This document shows, piece after piece, positions 37,000 through 51,900 of a stretch of 64,000 nt of DNA. The stretch is from Anthoceros angustus (taxonomy: Eukaryota > Plantae > Anthocerotophyta). A program made the translations under genes and the position numbers. The DNA lies in NCBI GenBank assembly GCA_010909165.1, contig VJWM01000025.1, positions 3,190,997 through 3,254,996 on the forward strand, read 5' to 3'. Each line of letters begins with the position of its first letter. Within the stretch, counting starts at the first letter, position 1. Under the pieces are notes generated by a model. It saw nothing but the letters and a program-made list of their open reading frames with translations, was not told where the DNA came from and made no database searches.

Positions 37000-39900
37000 C
37001 AATCTCACAGCCTACCAATGGCTCCCGCCACCCCTCCCGCCACTCCTCCCCCACCAAAACTCTCCCTCCATCCCCTTCCCACAGCGCCCAACGACAATGG
37101 TCAGTTATACAATGGCGCCTTAACGCCCACAATGGCTGGGCTACAATCGCTGGCCAACCCAATGGCTCCTCACCGCCACCTTCCCCGCCCGCCACCCTCC
37201 CTCCACGAAAAACTCTCCCTCCATCCCCTTCCCAAAGGCGTCAACGCCCACAATGGTTGGCCATACATTAGGAACGCCCGACAATAGCTGGCTGATAATG
37301 GCTCTGGCAATCACCGGCCAACGCCAATGGCTCCCTCGCCTCCCTCCTCCCCACCAAAACTCTCTCCATCCCCTTCCAATGGCGCAATGCCCGGCAATGC
37401 TACACATACAATGGCGCCTAACGCCTGACAATGGCTGGCGCAATCGGCGGGAGTATGCCAATGGCTCCCGCCGCCATCCCTCCCCGCCTCCTCTCCGCCT
37501 CGCCACCTCCCCACCAAAACTCTTACTCCATCCCCTTCCTACCCACTTCCCTCCCTCCCTCCCGCACTTCCCCGCCAAATTTTAAGAAAAGGCTCTACAA
37601 CATAATCTACAACAAGGGAGCCACGTCATCGCATGCAACGGTAAATGGCTTCCAATCATATTTTGTGATTAGTGATATTAATAAAGATTTTAAAAAAAAA
37701 AGATCAAATTTTGAAAAAAAGGCTTTACAACGTAATCTACAACGAAGGAGCTACGTCATTGATCCGTTGTTGTAAATGAGCACCAAAAGAGTGCCATATC
37801 ATCCAACTAGAAACCCGCATTGTAAACAGTCTTAAAACGCCACATCACCAAAACTTAAACCAATACAACGGAGGTTTTTAGACGTAAAGATTGGGACTTT
37901 ACAAAAGGGGTTTTGTAAAACCTCCTCCTCCGCCACCCCTCGCCTACCACCTCCATCCTCCTTAATGGCGCCTAACGCCCGACAATGGCCCCGCCTCCTC
38001 CCCGCCTTCCCACCCTCCCCACCAAAACTCTTACTCCATCCCCTTCCCACCCACTTCCCCCTCCCTCCCGCACCTTCCCCGCCAAATTTTAAGAAAAGGC
38101 TTTACAACATAATCCTACAAAAGGGAGAGCCACGCATCGCATGCAACGTAAATGGCTTCCAATCATATTTTGTGATTAGTGATATTAATAAAGATTTTTA
38201 TAAAAGATCAAATTTTAAAAAAAGGCTTTTACAACGTAATCTACAACGAAGGAGCTACTTCATTGATACATGTTGTAAATGAGCACCCAAAAGAGTGCCA
38301 TATCATCCAACTAGAAACCCGCATTATGTAGGTCTTAAAACTTGCCACATCAATAAAACTTAAACCAATTTACAGGGAGGTTTTAGGCGTTGTAAAGATT
38401 GGAACATTTACAAAAGGGGTTTTGTAAAACCCCTCCTCCCGCCCGCCACCCCTCGCTACCACCCTCCATCCCCCCTTCCCAAAGGCGCCTAACCCCGACA
38501 TATGGCTAGCCATACAATGGTGGGTTCGACAATCGGCCAGCCGCCTAATGGCTCCCCCACGCACCTCTACCACTTTGCAACCCTCCCCACCAAAACTCTC
38601 CTCCATCCCCTTCCGAATGGCATCCAACATCACAATGGTTGGCTATACAATGGCGCTGCAACGCCACAAGCTGGTCTGACACTGGCGACAATGTCCAGCC
38701 GCCTACCAATGCCTCCCCCACCCCTCCCCGCTGCCACTCCTCCTCCCACCAAAACTCTCCCTCCATGCAGTTCCCAATGGCGCAACGCCGCCAATGGATG
38801 GCCTACAATGGCGCCTAACGCCCCTACAATGGCTGGCCCAATGGCTTCGACAATGTGTGACCTATCAATGGGTCCTGCTGCCACCCCTCCTCCACCAAAA
38901 CTCTCCCTCCATCCCCTTCAAAGGCGCCCAACGCTTGATACAATGGATGGCCATACAATGGCGCCCAACGCCCGACAATGGGTGCTGGACAATGGCCGGC
39001 GACAATCACTGCCACCTACCACTCCCGCCACCCCTCCCCTGCTCTCCCTCCCACCAAAACTCTCCCTCCATCCCCTTCCCAATGGCGTCCAACGCGAATG
39101 GCCATATTAATGGCGCTAACGCCCGACAATGGTCGCCCGATAATGCCCCACAATCACCGCCATGCCAATGGCTCCCGCCGCCCGCCACCCCTCCCACCGC
39201 CAATCCTCCCCCACCAAAAACTCTCCTCCATCCTCCTTTAATGGCTAACGCCGACAATGGTGTAACTGGGGCGGGCGGTCGACAATGGCCGGGCCGACAA
39301 TGGTCCCGACAATGGTCTGGCCCGACAATGGTGGTCGACTGACAATGACTTGCCCGACAATGACGGCCTTACAATGGTTGGCCGACAATGGGCACGGGCC
39401 AATGGTCGGGTTGACCGGTTGGCCCGACAATGGCGGCCGGGCTTACCAATGGCGCTCGAAGTGGCTCGACAATGGCTGGGTCGACAATGGCGGCCCGACA
39501 ATGGCTGGCCCGACAATGGCCGCCACTAATGGTCCCAACGCCCGACAATGGGCCTCCAATACATGGCCCGACCCGCTGCCACAATGGCTCCCCTGCCCCG
39601 CTTCCTCCCGCCTCCTCCCGCCTCCTTGCTCCTCGCCACCCTCCCCACCAAAACTCTCCTCCATCCCCTTCCCAATGGCGTCCCGACAATGGTTGGCCAT
39701 ACAACACGCCAACGCCCACAATGGTTGGCGACAATGGCGCCCGACAATCATGCCCGCCAATGTATCTAACGCCTCCCCGCCACCGCCTCCCCACCAAAAC
39801 TCTCCTCCATCCCCTTCCTAATGGCGTCCGCTGACAATGGTTGGCTACAATGGCGCCCAACGCCCGACAATGGCCCGAAAATGGCGCCGACAATCGCCGC

Positions 39901-42900
39901 CACCGCCAATCTGCCACCCTCCCCACCCAAAACTCTCCTCCATCCCCTTCCCAATGGCGTCCGATGTCTGGCACAATGGTTGGCTGAACGGCGCCCAGCT
40001 ACAATGGCGGCGATAGTGGGTGGCCCGATTCGTGGCCAGCCCGCCAATGGCTCCCCCACACCCCTCCCCTCCGCCACCCTCCCCACCAAAATTCTCCTCC
40101 ATCCCCTTCCCAATGGCGCCCCAATCACGAACAATGGTTGGCCATATGGCGCCTAACGCCCGACAATGGTTCTTAAAATGGCCCGACAATCCGCCGATCA
40201 ATGGGTCCTCGCGTCGCCCCCACCAAAACCTCCTTGGCGACCAGGAAGATTGGTTTGCACAATGCACCACATGAGGCGTCGTATATTAGTCTCTACTTGA
40301 TAATGTTGACCCCACACATGGTTGTTGCACCTATATATCCGTATTAGATTTGTTTGCTTGTTGAAAGTGCTTAGAATTCAGTGCTTACGCCACACAGTTG
40401 CACCAGGATACTAATCTGCCACTTGGTGTTTGATTGGCATTAATTAATCTAACTACATATCTTTTAGTAAGTAATTAGTGTTAATTAATCTAATTACTTA
40501 TCTTTAAGTAAGTAATTAGTGTTAATTATTCTAACTACATATCTTTTAGTAAGTAATTAATGTTAATAATTACTTATCTTTAAGTAAGTAATTGAGTGTT
40601 AATTAATCAATTACTTATCTTTAAGTAAGTAAAAAATTAATCTAAGATGCTTATCTTGTAAGTAATTAATGTTAATTAATATAATTACCATTAAAGCAAT
40701 AGTGTAATAATCCAATACTTATCTTTAAATGAAGTAATTAATAAAGATGTATGTTAATTAAGCATATTAGTGTTAATTAAACATGATTAGTGTGATAAGC
40801 CAAGAATATCCTCTGGCATATTCCGTATTAATATAAACGATTCTTAGGATATTTATCTTGCATAATATGATATCCAAGAATATTTAACTGACAATGGTCG
40901 GCCATACAACGTTTCAACGCCCGAAAATGGCTGGAGCAATGATGGCCCGACAATCGCCACCAGCCTACCAATGGCTCGCTCTTTGCCACCCCTCGCACCT
41001 CCCCACCAAAACTCTCCTCCATCCCCTTCCCAATGGCGTCCCCACACAATGGTGGCCTGATGCCCTTAATTCCCACAATGGCTGGCCCGACAATCACCAG
41101 CCTCCCAATGGCTCCTGCCACCGCCACCCCTCCCCGCGCCACCTCCCTCCACCAAAACTCTCCTCCATCCCCTTCCCAAAGTGAACGCCTGACAATGGTT
41201 GGTATACTGATAACGCCCGACAATGAATGTCGATAATGGCTGGACAATGTGTAGCCCATTGACTCCCGCCTCCCTCCTCCCCACCAAAAACTCTCCATCC
41301 CCCTTCCCATTTAGCGTCCAATGCGACAATGGTTGGGCTGTACAATGCGTAACGCCCGACAATGGCTGCCGACAGTTAGTAGCCAATGGCTCCTACCATC
41401 CTCCCGCCTCTGCTGCCACCCCTCCTCACCAAAACTCTTTTCTTCCTACCCACTCCCCTCCTCCTCCCCGCACCTTCCACAATTTAAGGCATAATCTACA
41501 AGGAAAGCCAATCATCGTGCAAGGTAAATGGCTTCCAATCATATTTTGTGATTGTTTATATTAATAAAGATTTTACAAAAAAAGATTAAATTTTGAAAAA
41601 AAGGCTTTTACAACGAATCGGAATCTACGAGCTAATGATCTGTTGTAAATGAGCACCAAAAGAGTGCCATATCATCCAACTAGAAACCGCATTGTAAAAC
41701 CGAGTCTTAAAACTTGCCATATCAAAATTTTAAACCAATTTAGCGGAGGTTTTTAGGCGTTGTAGTTGGGACTTTTAAAAGGGGTTTTGTAAGCCCCTCC
41801 TCCCGCCCGCCACCCCCTCGCCCCTACCACCCCTCCATCCTTCCCAATGGCGAACGCAACAAATGGCTCCCGCCTCCTCCCGCCACCTCCCCACCAAAAC
41901 TCTTACCCATCCCCTTCCTGCACTTCCCCTCCTCCCTCACTTCTTCCCCAAATTTTGAAAAGGCTTTTACAACATAATCCTACAACAAGACACATCGCAT
42001 GCACCAGAAATGGCTTCCAATCATATTTTGTGATTAGTGATATTAATAAAGATTTTATAAAAAAAGATCAAATTTTAAAAAAAAGGCTTTTACAACGTAA
42101 TCTACGCTAAGGAGCTACTTCATTGATCATTGTTGTAAATGAGCACCAAAAGAGTGCCATATCATCCAACTAGAAACCCGCATTATACCAGGTCTTAAAA
42201 CTTGCCACCACATCAGTAAACTTAAACAATTTAGCGGAGGTTTTGTGCGTTATAAGATTGGAACATTTACAAAAGGGGTTTTGTAAAACCCCCTCTCCCG
42301 CCACCGCCTTACCACCTCCATCCCCTTCCCAAAGGTTTAACCCCGACAATGGCTACTACAATGGTTGGCGACAATCACCGCCATTACATGGCTCCCCGCT
42401 TGCCACCTCCTACCCGCTGCAACCCTCCCCCACAAAACTCCTCCATCCCCCTTAATGGCATCCAGCCTTGAGCAATGGTTACATACCACGCCTTGAATAC
42501 ACAACGGCTGGCCCGATAACGGCGGCGACAATAGCCTGTTGATCCTCCGCCACCCCCTCCCGCGCCACTCCTCCCCACCAAAACTCTCCTCCATGCGGTT
42601 CCCAATGGCGCAACGTCCACAATGGATGGCCATACAATGGCGCCTAAGCCTACAGGTTGCTCAGCCCCGACAATCGTGGCCAGCCATCAATGGGTCCTGC
42701 CACTCCTCCCCACCAAAAACTCTCCTCCATCCCCCTTCCCAATGGCGTCCAGCCCCGACAATGGATAGCCCTGGCGCTAACGCCCGACAATGGCGGCGAT
42801 AATGGCTTTGGCCCGACAATCAATACCAATGGCTCCCCTTTGCCACCTCCTCCGCCACTCCTCCATCCCACCAAAACTCTCCTCCATCCCCCTTCCCAAT

Positions 42901-45900
42901 GGCATCCAGCAGTGCTGGCTATACAATCGCCCAACGCCCGACAATCTTTGACAATGGCTTGTGACAACAATCGGCTAAGTGCCAATAGCTCCCGCCACCT
43001 CCCGCTGCCACTCCTCCCCCACCAAAACTCTCCCTCCATCCTCCTTCCCAATGGCGCCTAACGCCGACAATAGTTGGCCATGCGATGGCCACAATGGCCG
43101 CCGACAATGGCTGGCCGGACAATGGCTGGTCGGCTGACAACACTGCCCGACAATGGCCGCCTTACACAATGGTTCGACAATGGTCGGCACCGCAATGGTC
43201 CCAAGGACAATGGTTCCGATATGGGCCGGCCCGGGCCAATGGTCAGCTCGACAATGGCAGCCCCGACAATGGCCTTGGATAACGGGTGTCGCCATACAAT
43301 GGCTCGCCCGGCAATGGGTGGCCCAATAATGGTGGCTGACAATGTCACTCGCCAATGGCCCCCGCCTCCCGCCTTCCTCCCGCCTCCTCCCGCCTCCTTG
43401 CACCGCCACCCCTCCCCACCAAAAACTCTCCCTCCATCCCCTTCCCAATGGCGCCCAGCAGCGACAATGGTTAGCCATACAATGGCGCCCAACGACAATG
43501 GTGGCTGATAATGGTGGCCCGACAATGGCCGCCAACTCCCCCGCCTCCTCCCGCCACCCTCCACCAAAACTCTCCCTCCATCCCCTTCCCAATGGCGTCA
43601 GTCCCGACAATGGTTGGCCTACAATGGCGCCCAACGCATGACAATGGCGGCAAAATGGCTTTTCTGACACCGCTGGCCCGCCACCCCTCCTCGCTTGCCA
43701 CCCTCCCCCACCAAAACTCTCCTCCATCCCCTTCCCAATGGCGCCCGATGCACAGCAATGGTTGGCTACAATGGCGTAACGCCCGACAATGGCAGCTGAA
43801 GTGTGCCGGCCCGGATAACCCCGGCCATCGCCAATGGCTCCCGCCTGCCACTCCCCTGCCCGCCCTCTCCCCACCAAAATTCTCCTCCATCCCCTTCCCA
43901 ATGGCGTCCACCCAACAATGGTTGGCCATACAATGGCGCTAACGCGACAATGGCTGGCGAAAATGCCCGACCGCGGCGGTATCAATGGGTCCTCGCCACC
44001 GCCCCCACCAGCTCTCCTGGCGACCCCGGGAAGATTGGTGTGCACAATGCATTGGCATGAGGTGCGTGATGTAGTCCTACTAATGATAATGTTTTGACCT
44101 GCAGGTCTCACATTATCGAAGGGGATTTGTTTGCACCTATATACGCGTATTAGATTTGTTTGCTTGGTTTGTTGGTCGAGAAGTGCTTATATGAATTCAA
44201 GTGCTTACCTCTGCGATGTTGTCAGTGTGATACTAATCTGCATGGGTTTAGTGTTTGATCCATTAATCTAACTACATATCTTTTAGTAAGTAATTAGTGT
44301 TAATCTAATTACTTATCTTTAAGTATTAGTGTTAATTATTCTAACTACATATCTTTTAGTAAGTAATTAATGTTAATAATCTAATTACTTATCTTTAGTA
44401 AGTAATTAGTGTTAATTAATCTAATTACTTATCTTTAAGTAAGTAATTAATGTTAATTAATCTAAGATGCTTATCTTTAAGTAAGTAATTAATGTTAATT
44501 AATATAATTACTTATCTTTAAGTAAGTAATTAGTGTTAATTAATCTAATTACTTATCTTTAAGTAATTAATGTTAATTAATCTAAGATGCTTATGTTAAT
44601 GCATTTAAGTGTTAATTAAACATAGCAATAGCTAAGTGGATAAGCTCAAGTAATATCCTTTGGCATATTCCTTGCATATTATAGTATTCTTAGGATATTT
44701 CTTGCATATCAAATATGATATCTTAAGAATATCGCCAACGCCGACAATGGCCATACAATGGCGCTAACGCAAAATGGCTGGCCGATAATGGATGGTTACA
44801 ATCCTTGGCTGTCCTACCAATGGCTCACTGCCACCCTGCCCGCCACTCCTCCCCCACCAAAACTCTCCTCCATCCCCTTCCCAATAGCGCCTAGCCCGAC
44901 AATGGCTGGCCATACAATGGCGCCTAACGCCACAATGGCTGCCTGAGGAGAGGAGGCAAAGAAGCCCAAGTTCAAGGCCAAGGAGAGGAGGCTAAAAAGC
45001 CCAAGTCCAAGGCCAAGCAAGGAGAGAATGAGGCCTCCACAAGGAGGGATGGCCTTTAAGGCTAACCAACCAAGGGAGAAACAAGAGTATTTTACTCTTG
45101 GGCCCCGGATTCCAATGGATAAGGGTAAAGTGGATAGGCTTGGGTATGTTATCAGTGCATTTGATTTCACTTTCTGTCCAAAACTCTCATTAGCTAGCAC
45201 CCCATCTGGGTATTGATCCATCTCATGGGTGCTTAACTTTGGAGTTCTTATGTCCTTGCTATCTAACTCAGCTGGCGTTTTAAGGCCAACCAACCAAGGG
45301 AGAAACAAGAGTATTTTACTCTTGGGCCCCGGATTCCAAGGGATAAGGGTAAAGTGGATAGGCATGGGTATGTATCGTGCCAACCAACCAAGGGAGAAAC
45401 AAGAGTATTTTACTCTTGGCCCGGATTCCAAGGGATAAGGGTAAAGTGGATAGGCATGGGTATGTTATCGCGGCTGATTTCACTTTCTCGTCAAAACTCA
45501 TTAGCTAGCACCCCATCCGGGTACTAATCCATCTCACGGGTGCTTAACTATGGAGTTCTTGTGTCCTTGCTATCTAACTCACCCATCTAACTGCATGTCG
45601 AGCTTGTCGCTTTTAATGATGTGAGATTCATAGCGGGTAAGTTTAACTCCCACGCCTCCTAGAGTAGAAGCGGGAAGGGCCTTGCCATGTCAAACTTGTA
45701 AAAATCTTAGCAATATATTTATGTTGATGAATAATTAGCAGACCTTCATGCTCGACTCAAGATCCGGATGCTTAGATGTAATTGCGGTGTCCCACTATTT
45801 GTCATCTCAAAAGGTCGACGTAATATACCCTTCCACATGATATCGATATGAAGGCGCGTGCCATGCTTGGCGCCTCGACATTAATGACCGATATAATGGC

Positions 45901-48900
45901 GCCTCCCCACATTGGCCCCCAACGCCGACATTGACTTGCCATACAATGGCGCCTACGCCAAATAATAATGGCATCTCATTAACGCCAACTATAGTGCCCA
46001 ACGCCCAACTATCGCGCCCAAATAACGCCAACAATGGCGCTCAACGCCCACCATGGCGCCAATTATCGCCCAACAAAGGCCCCCAATTAATGCCCAATAA
46101 TGGCGCCCAATGCCCAAATATGGCGCCTAATGCCCAAATATGGCGCCAAGGCCCAACTATGGCGCCCAATGCCCAACTATGGCGCCTAACGTCCGACAAT
46201 GGCTGGCCATCCACCGCACCAACGCCTACACCGGCTGGCCATACAATGACGCCTAACGCTCGACAATGGTTGGCCATCCGGCCCAACGCCCGACAATGGT
46301 TGGATCCAATGGCGCCTAACGCCCTACAATGGCTGGCATACAATGGCGTAACGCCCGACAATGGCTGGCCATCCAATGGCGTAACGCCCTACAATGGTGG
46401 GCATACAATGGCGCCTAACGCCCTACAATGGCGGCCATACAATGGCGAAGACAATCGGCCAGCCGCCAATAGCCCCTCCCCCACCTCCCGCCTCCTCCTC
46501 CCCACCTACAAAACAACGCGCACAATGGCTAACCACACAATGGCTGGCTCGACAATCGCCACCCCGCCAATGATTTTGGTCATACAATAGAACGCCGACA
46601 ATGGTCGTGGGATAATGGTGGCCCGACAATCGCTGGCCAGCCGCCAATGGCTCCCCGCCGCCACCTCCCGCCACTCCTCCTCCCACCAAAACTCTCCCTC
46701 CATCCCCCTTCCCAATGGTGTCCAATGCCCGACAATGGTTATACAATGGCGCCTAACGCCCGACAATGCTAGCCCGGCATCGCTATTAGCATGCCAATGG
46801 CTCCCGCCTCCTCCCCCGCCACCTCCCCACCAAAAACTCTTACTCCATCCCCTTCCTACCCACTTCTCCTCCTCCCGCACCCCTTCCCCGCCAAATTTTA
46901 AGAAAAAGGCTTTACAACATAATCCTACAACAAGGGAGCCACGTCATCGCATGCAACGGTAATGGCTTCCAATCATATTTTGTGATTAGTGATATTAATA
47001 AAGATTTTTAGAAAAAAGATCAAATTTTGAAAAAAAGGCTTTTACAACGTAATCTACAACGAAGAGCTACGTCATTGATCGTTGTTGTAAATGAGCACCC
47101 AAAAGAGTGCCATATCATCCAACTAGAAACCCATTGTAAACCGAGTCTTAAAACTTGCACATCAAACTTAAACCAATTTACAACGGAGGTTTTAGGCGTT
47201 GTAAGATTGGGACTTTACAAAGGGGTTTTGTAAAACCCTCCTCCGCCACCGCCTCCCTACCACCCTCCATCCTCCAATGGCGCCCAACGCCCGACAATGG
47301 CTAGCTATACAATGGTTGGCGACAATCACAACGCCAATGGCTCCCCGCCACCCCTCCCGACCACTCCTCCTCCCACCAAAACTCTCCCTCCATCCCTTCC
47401 CAATGCCCAACAGAATGGTTTACAATGGCGCCAACGCCGGCAATGATAATGGTCGCCCGACAATCGTGGCTAAGCGTGCCAATGGCTCGCCCGCCACCCC
47501 TCCCCGCCGCCACTCCCCCACCAAAACTCTCCCTCCATCCTCCTTCCCAATGGCTAACGCCGACAATGGCTAAACAATGGCGGCCCGGCATGGCCCGATA
47601 ATGGTGCCCGACAATGGCTGGCCGGATATTGGTCGGCCGACAATCAATGATTGATACAATGGTCCAATGGTCGGCCGACAATGGCCGACAATGGCGGGTC
47701 GGCTTGACAATCAATGATTGCCGACAATGCTCCTAATGGCTGGCCGACAATGGTGGCCGGGCCGTCAATGGTGGACAATGGTTGGCGACAATGGTCGGCG
47801 CCGCCAACCTCGACAATGGCCGGCCCGACAATGGCTGCCCGACAATGGCTGGCCGACAATGCTGCCCGACAATGGCTGGCCATACAATGGCTCCTAACGC
47901 CCGACAATGGTGGCCCAATAATGGTGGCCGACAAGCCGGCCACCGCCAATGGCTCCCGCCTCCCGCTTCCTCCCGCCTCCTCCCTCCTCCTCCTTGCCCG
48001 CACCCTCCCCACCAAAAACTCTCCTCCATCCCCTTCCCAATGGCGCCCAACGCGACAATGGTTGGCTATACAATGGCAACGCCCGACAATGGTTGGCGAT
48101 AATGGCTGGCCGACAATCAAGCGCCAATGGCTCCGCCTCCTCCCGGCCGCCACCGCTCCCCACCAAAAACTCTCCTCCATCCCTTCCCAATGGCGTCCGA
48201 CAATGGTTGGCCCTACAATGGCGCCTAACGCCCGACAATGGCTGGCAAAATGGCTTTTCCATAACAATGGCCTCGCCACCTCCCCCACCAAAAACTCTCC
48301 TCCATCCCCTTCCCAATGGCGCCCGATGCCCGACACAATGGTTGGCCATACAATGGCGCCCAACGCCCGAACAATGGTGGTGAGCAGTGGCTGGCCCGAT
48401 AATCTGGCCACCGCCAATGGCCCCCCGCCACCTCCCCCCCGCCACCTCCCCCACCAAAATTCTCCTCCATCCCTTCCCAATGGCGTCCACCGCCCAACAA
48501 TGGTTGGCCATACAATGGCGCAACGCCCGACAATGGCTGGCAAAATGTCGTTGGCAATCACGCGATATCAAGGGTCCTCGCCACCGTCCCCCACCAAAAA
48601 CTCTGACGACATTCCCGAGGAAGATTGGTTTTGTGCACAATGCACTACATGAGGTGATTGGTTTTGTGCACAATGCACTACATGAGGTGCGACGTATGTA
48701 GTCCTACTAATGATAATGTTTTGACTTGCAGCCTCATTATCGGGATTGTTTGCACCTATATATCTCACAGTATTAGATTTGTTTGATTGTTGGAAGTGCT
48801 TATATGAATTCATGCTTACCTGCAAGCATGTGTCATGCCGTGTGATACTAATCTACCGGTTTAGTGTTTGATTGGCATTAATTAATCTAACTACATATCT

Positions 48901-51900
48901 TTTAGTAATTAATTAATCTAATTACTTATCTTTAAGTAAGTAATTAGTGTTAATTAATCTAATTACTTATCTTTTAGTAAGTAATTAATGTTAATTAATA
49001 TAATTACTTATCTTTAAGTAAGTAATTAGTGTTAATTAATCTAATTACTTATCTTTAAGTAAGTAATTAATGTTAATTAATCTAAGATGCATGTTAATTA
49101 AGCATTTATTAGTGTTAATTAAACATGGTTAGCAATAGCTAAGTGGATAAGCTCAAGTATGCTTTGGCATATTCCTTGCATATTATAATGTATTCTTAGG
49201 ATATTTCTTGCATATCTTGATGCGATATGATATCTTAAGAATATGCCGATGCCAACGCTTGACAATGTGGGCCATACAATGGCGAGTGAAAAATGGCTGG
49301 CCTGAGAATGGATGGCCCGACAATCCTTGCACCATGGCTCGCCACCCCTCCCCACCGCCACCCCTCCACCAAAACTCTCCTCCATCCCTTCCCAATAGCG
49401 TAACGCGACAATGGCACATATGGCGCTAACGCCCACAATGGCGCCCGACAATCGTGGCCAGCCTCCAATGGCTCGCCCGCCACCCCTTCCCCCGCCACTC
49501 CTCCCTCCACCAAAACTCTCCCTCCATCCCCTTCCCAAAGGCCCAACGCCGACAATGGTTGGCCATACAATAGCCAGCCTGACAATGGTGGCTGATAATG
49601 GCCCGACAATCGGCCAGCCGCCAATGGCTCCCCGCCCGCCACTCCCCACTCCTCCCCACCAAAAACTCTCCCTCCATCCCCTTCCCAATGGCGTCCAATG
49701 CCCGACAATGGTTGGCCATACAATGGCGTAACGCCGACAATGGCTGGCCCACAATCGGCTAGCATGCCAATGGCTCCCGCCTCCTCCCCGCCCGCCACCC
49801 CTCCCCACCAAAAACTCTTACTCCATCCCCTTCCTACCCACTTCCCCTCCCTCCCTCCCGCACCTTCCCCGCCAAATTTTAAGAAAAGGCTTTACAACAT
49901 AATCTACAACAAGGGAGCCACGTCATCGCATGCAACGGTAAATGGCTTCCAATCATATTTTGTGATTAGTGATATTAATAAAGATTTTATAAAAAGATCA
50001 AATTTTGAAAAAAAAAGGCTTTACAACGTAATCTACAGCGAAGGAGCTACTTCATTGACATTGTTGTAAATGAGCACCAAAGAGTGCCATATCATCCAAC
50101 TAGAAACCCGCATTATAAGAGTCTTAAAACTTGCCACATAAACTTAAACCAATTTACAAGCGGAGGTTTTAGGCGTTGTAAAGATTGGAATTTTACAAAG
50201 GGGTTTTGTAAAACCCTCCTCCCGCCTGCCACCCCTCCTACCACCCTCCATCCTCCTTCCCAATGGCGCCAAGCCGACAATGGCTCCCGCCTCCTCCCGC
50301 CACCCCTCCCCACCAAAACTCTTACTCCATCCCCTTCCTACCCACTTCCCCTCCTCCCTCCCGCACTTCCCAAATTTTAAGAAAAAGGCTTTACAACATA
50401 ATCCTACAACAAGGGAGCCACGTCATCGCATGCAACGGTAAATGGCTTCCAATCATATTTTGTGATTAGTGATATTAATAAAGATTTTACAAAAAGATCA
50501 AATTTTAAAAAAAAGGCTTTTACAGCGTAATCTACAACGAAGGAGCTACTTCATTGATGTTGTTGTAAATGAGCACCAAAGAGTGCCATATCATCCAACT
50601 AGAAACCCGCATTGTAAAGAGTCTTAAAACTTGCCACATCGAAACTTAAACCAATTTACAACGGAGGTTTTAGGCGTTGTAAAGATTGGAACATTTACAA
50701 AGGGGTTTTGTAAAACCCCTCCCGCCTGCCACCGCCCTACCACCCTCCATCCCCCTTCCCAAAGGCGCCCAACCCCGACAATGGCTAGCCATACAATTTG
50801 GCGACAATCAGTAGCCGCCAATGGCTCCCGCTTGCCACCTCCTACCCGCAACCCTCCCCACCAAAACTCTCCCTCCATCCCCCTTGAATGGCATCAGCAC
50901 AATGGTTGGCCATACAATGGCGCAACGCCCGACAACCAGTTGGCCGATAACGGGCTGGCTGACAATCGCCAGCTTGCCAATGCCTCCCCCACACCCTCCC
51001 GCTGCCACCTCCTCCCCACCAAAACTCTCCCTCCATGCAGTTCCCAATGGCGCCCAACGTCCGACAATGGATGGCCATACAATGGCGCCTAACGCCCACA
51101 ATGGCTGGCGAAAATGGCTGGCCCGACAATCGGCCACCTATCAATGGGTCCTGCCTCGCCACCCCTCCTCCCCACCAAAAACTCTCCCTCCATCTTCCCA
51201 ATGGCGTCAACGACAATGGATGGCCATACAATGGCGCCCAACGCCCGACAATGGTGGCTCGATAATGGCTGGCCCGACAATCAGCAGCCTACCAATGGCT
51301 CCCCGCCCGCCACCTCCCGCCGCCACCTCCTCCCCACCAAAACTCTCCTCCATCCCCCTTCCCAATGGCGTCCAGCGAGAATGGTGGCTATACAATGGCG
51401 CCCAGCCCGGCAAATGGCGGCGACAGACATCCGACAATCGGCGGCTAAGCGTGCCAATGGCTCCCCGCCACCCCTCCCGCCCTTGCCACTCCTCCCCACC
51501 AAAACTCTCCCTCCATCCTCCCAATGGCCAGCCGACAATGCCCATATGGCTGGCGCGGCCCGACAATGTGCCCGACAATGGCTGGCGACAATGGCTCGAT
51601 ATGGTGTCGACAATGACTTGCGACAATGGCGGCCTTACAATGGTTGGCCCGACAATGGCGGGCCAATGGTGGGTTGACAATGGTTGGCGACAATGGTGGC
51701 CGCCGCCAATGGTGCTCGACAATGGCGGCGACAATGGCTGGCCCGACAATGGTGGCCCGACAATGCGACAATGGCGGCCATACAATGGCTCAACGCCCGA
51801 CAATGGTGGCCCAATAATGGGTGGCCGACAATCGCCACCGCCAATGGCTCCCGCCTCGCCTCCTCCTCCTCCGCCTCCTCCGCCTCCTCCTTGCCACCCC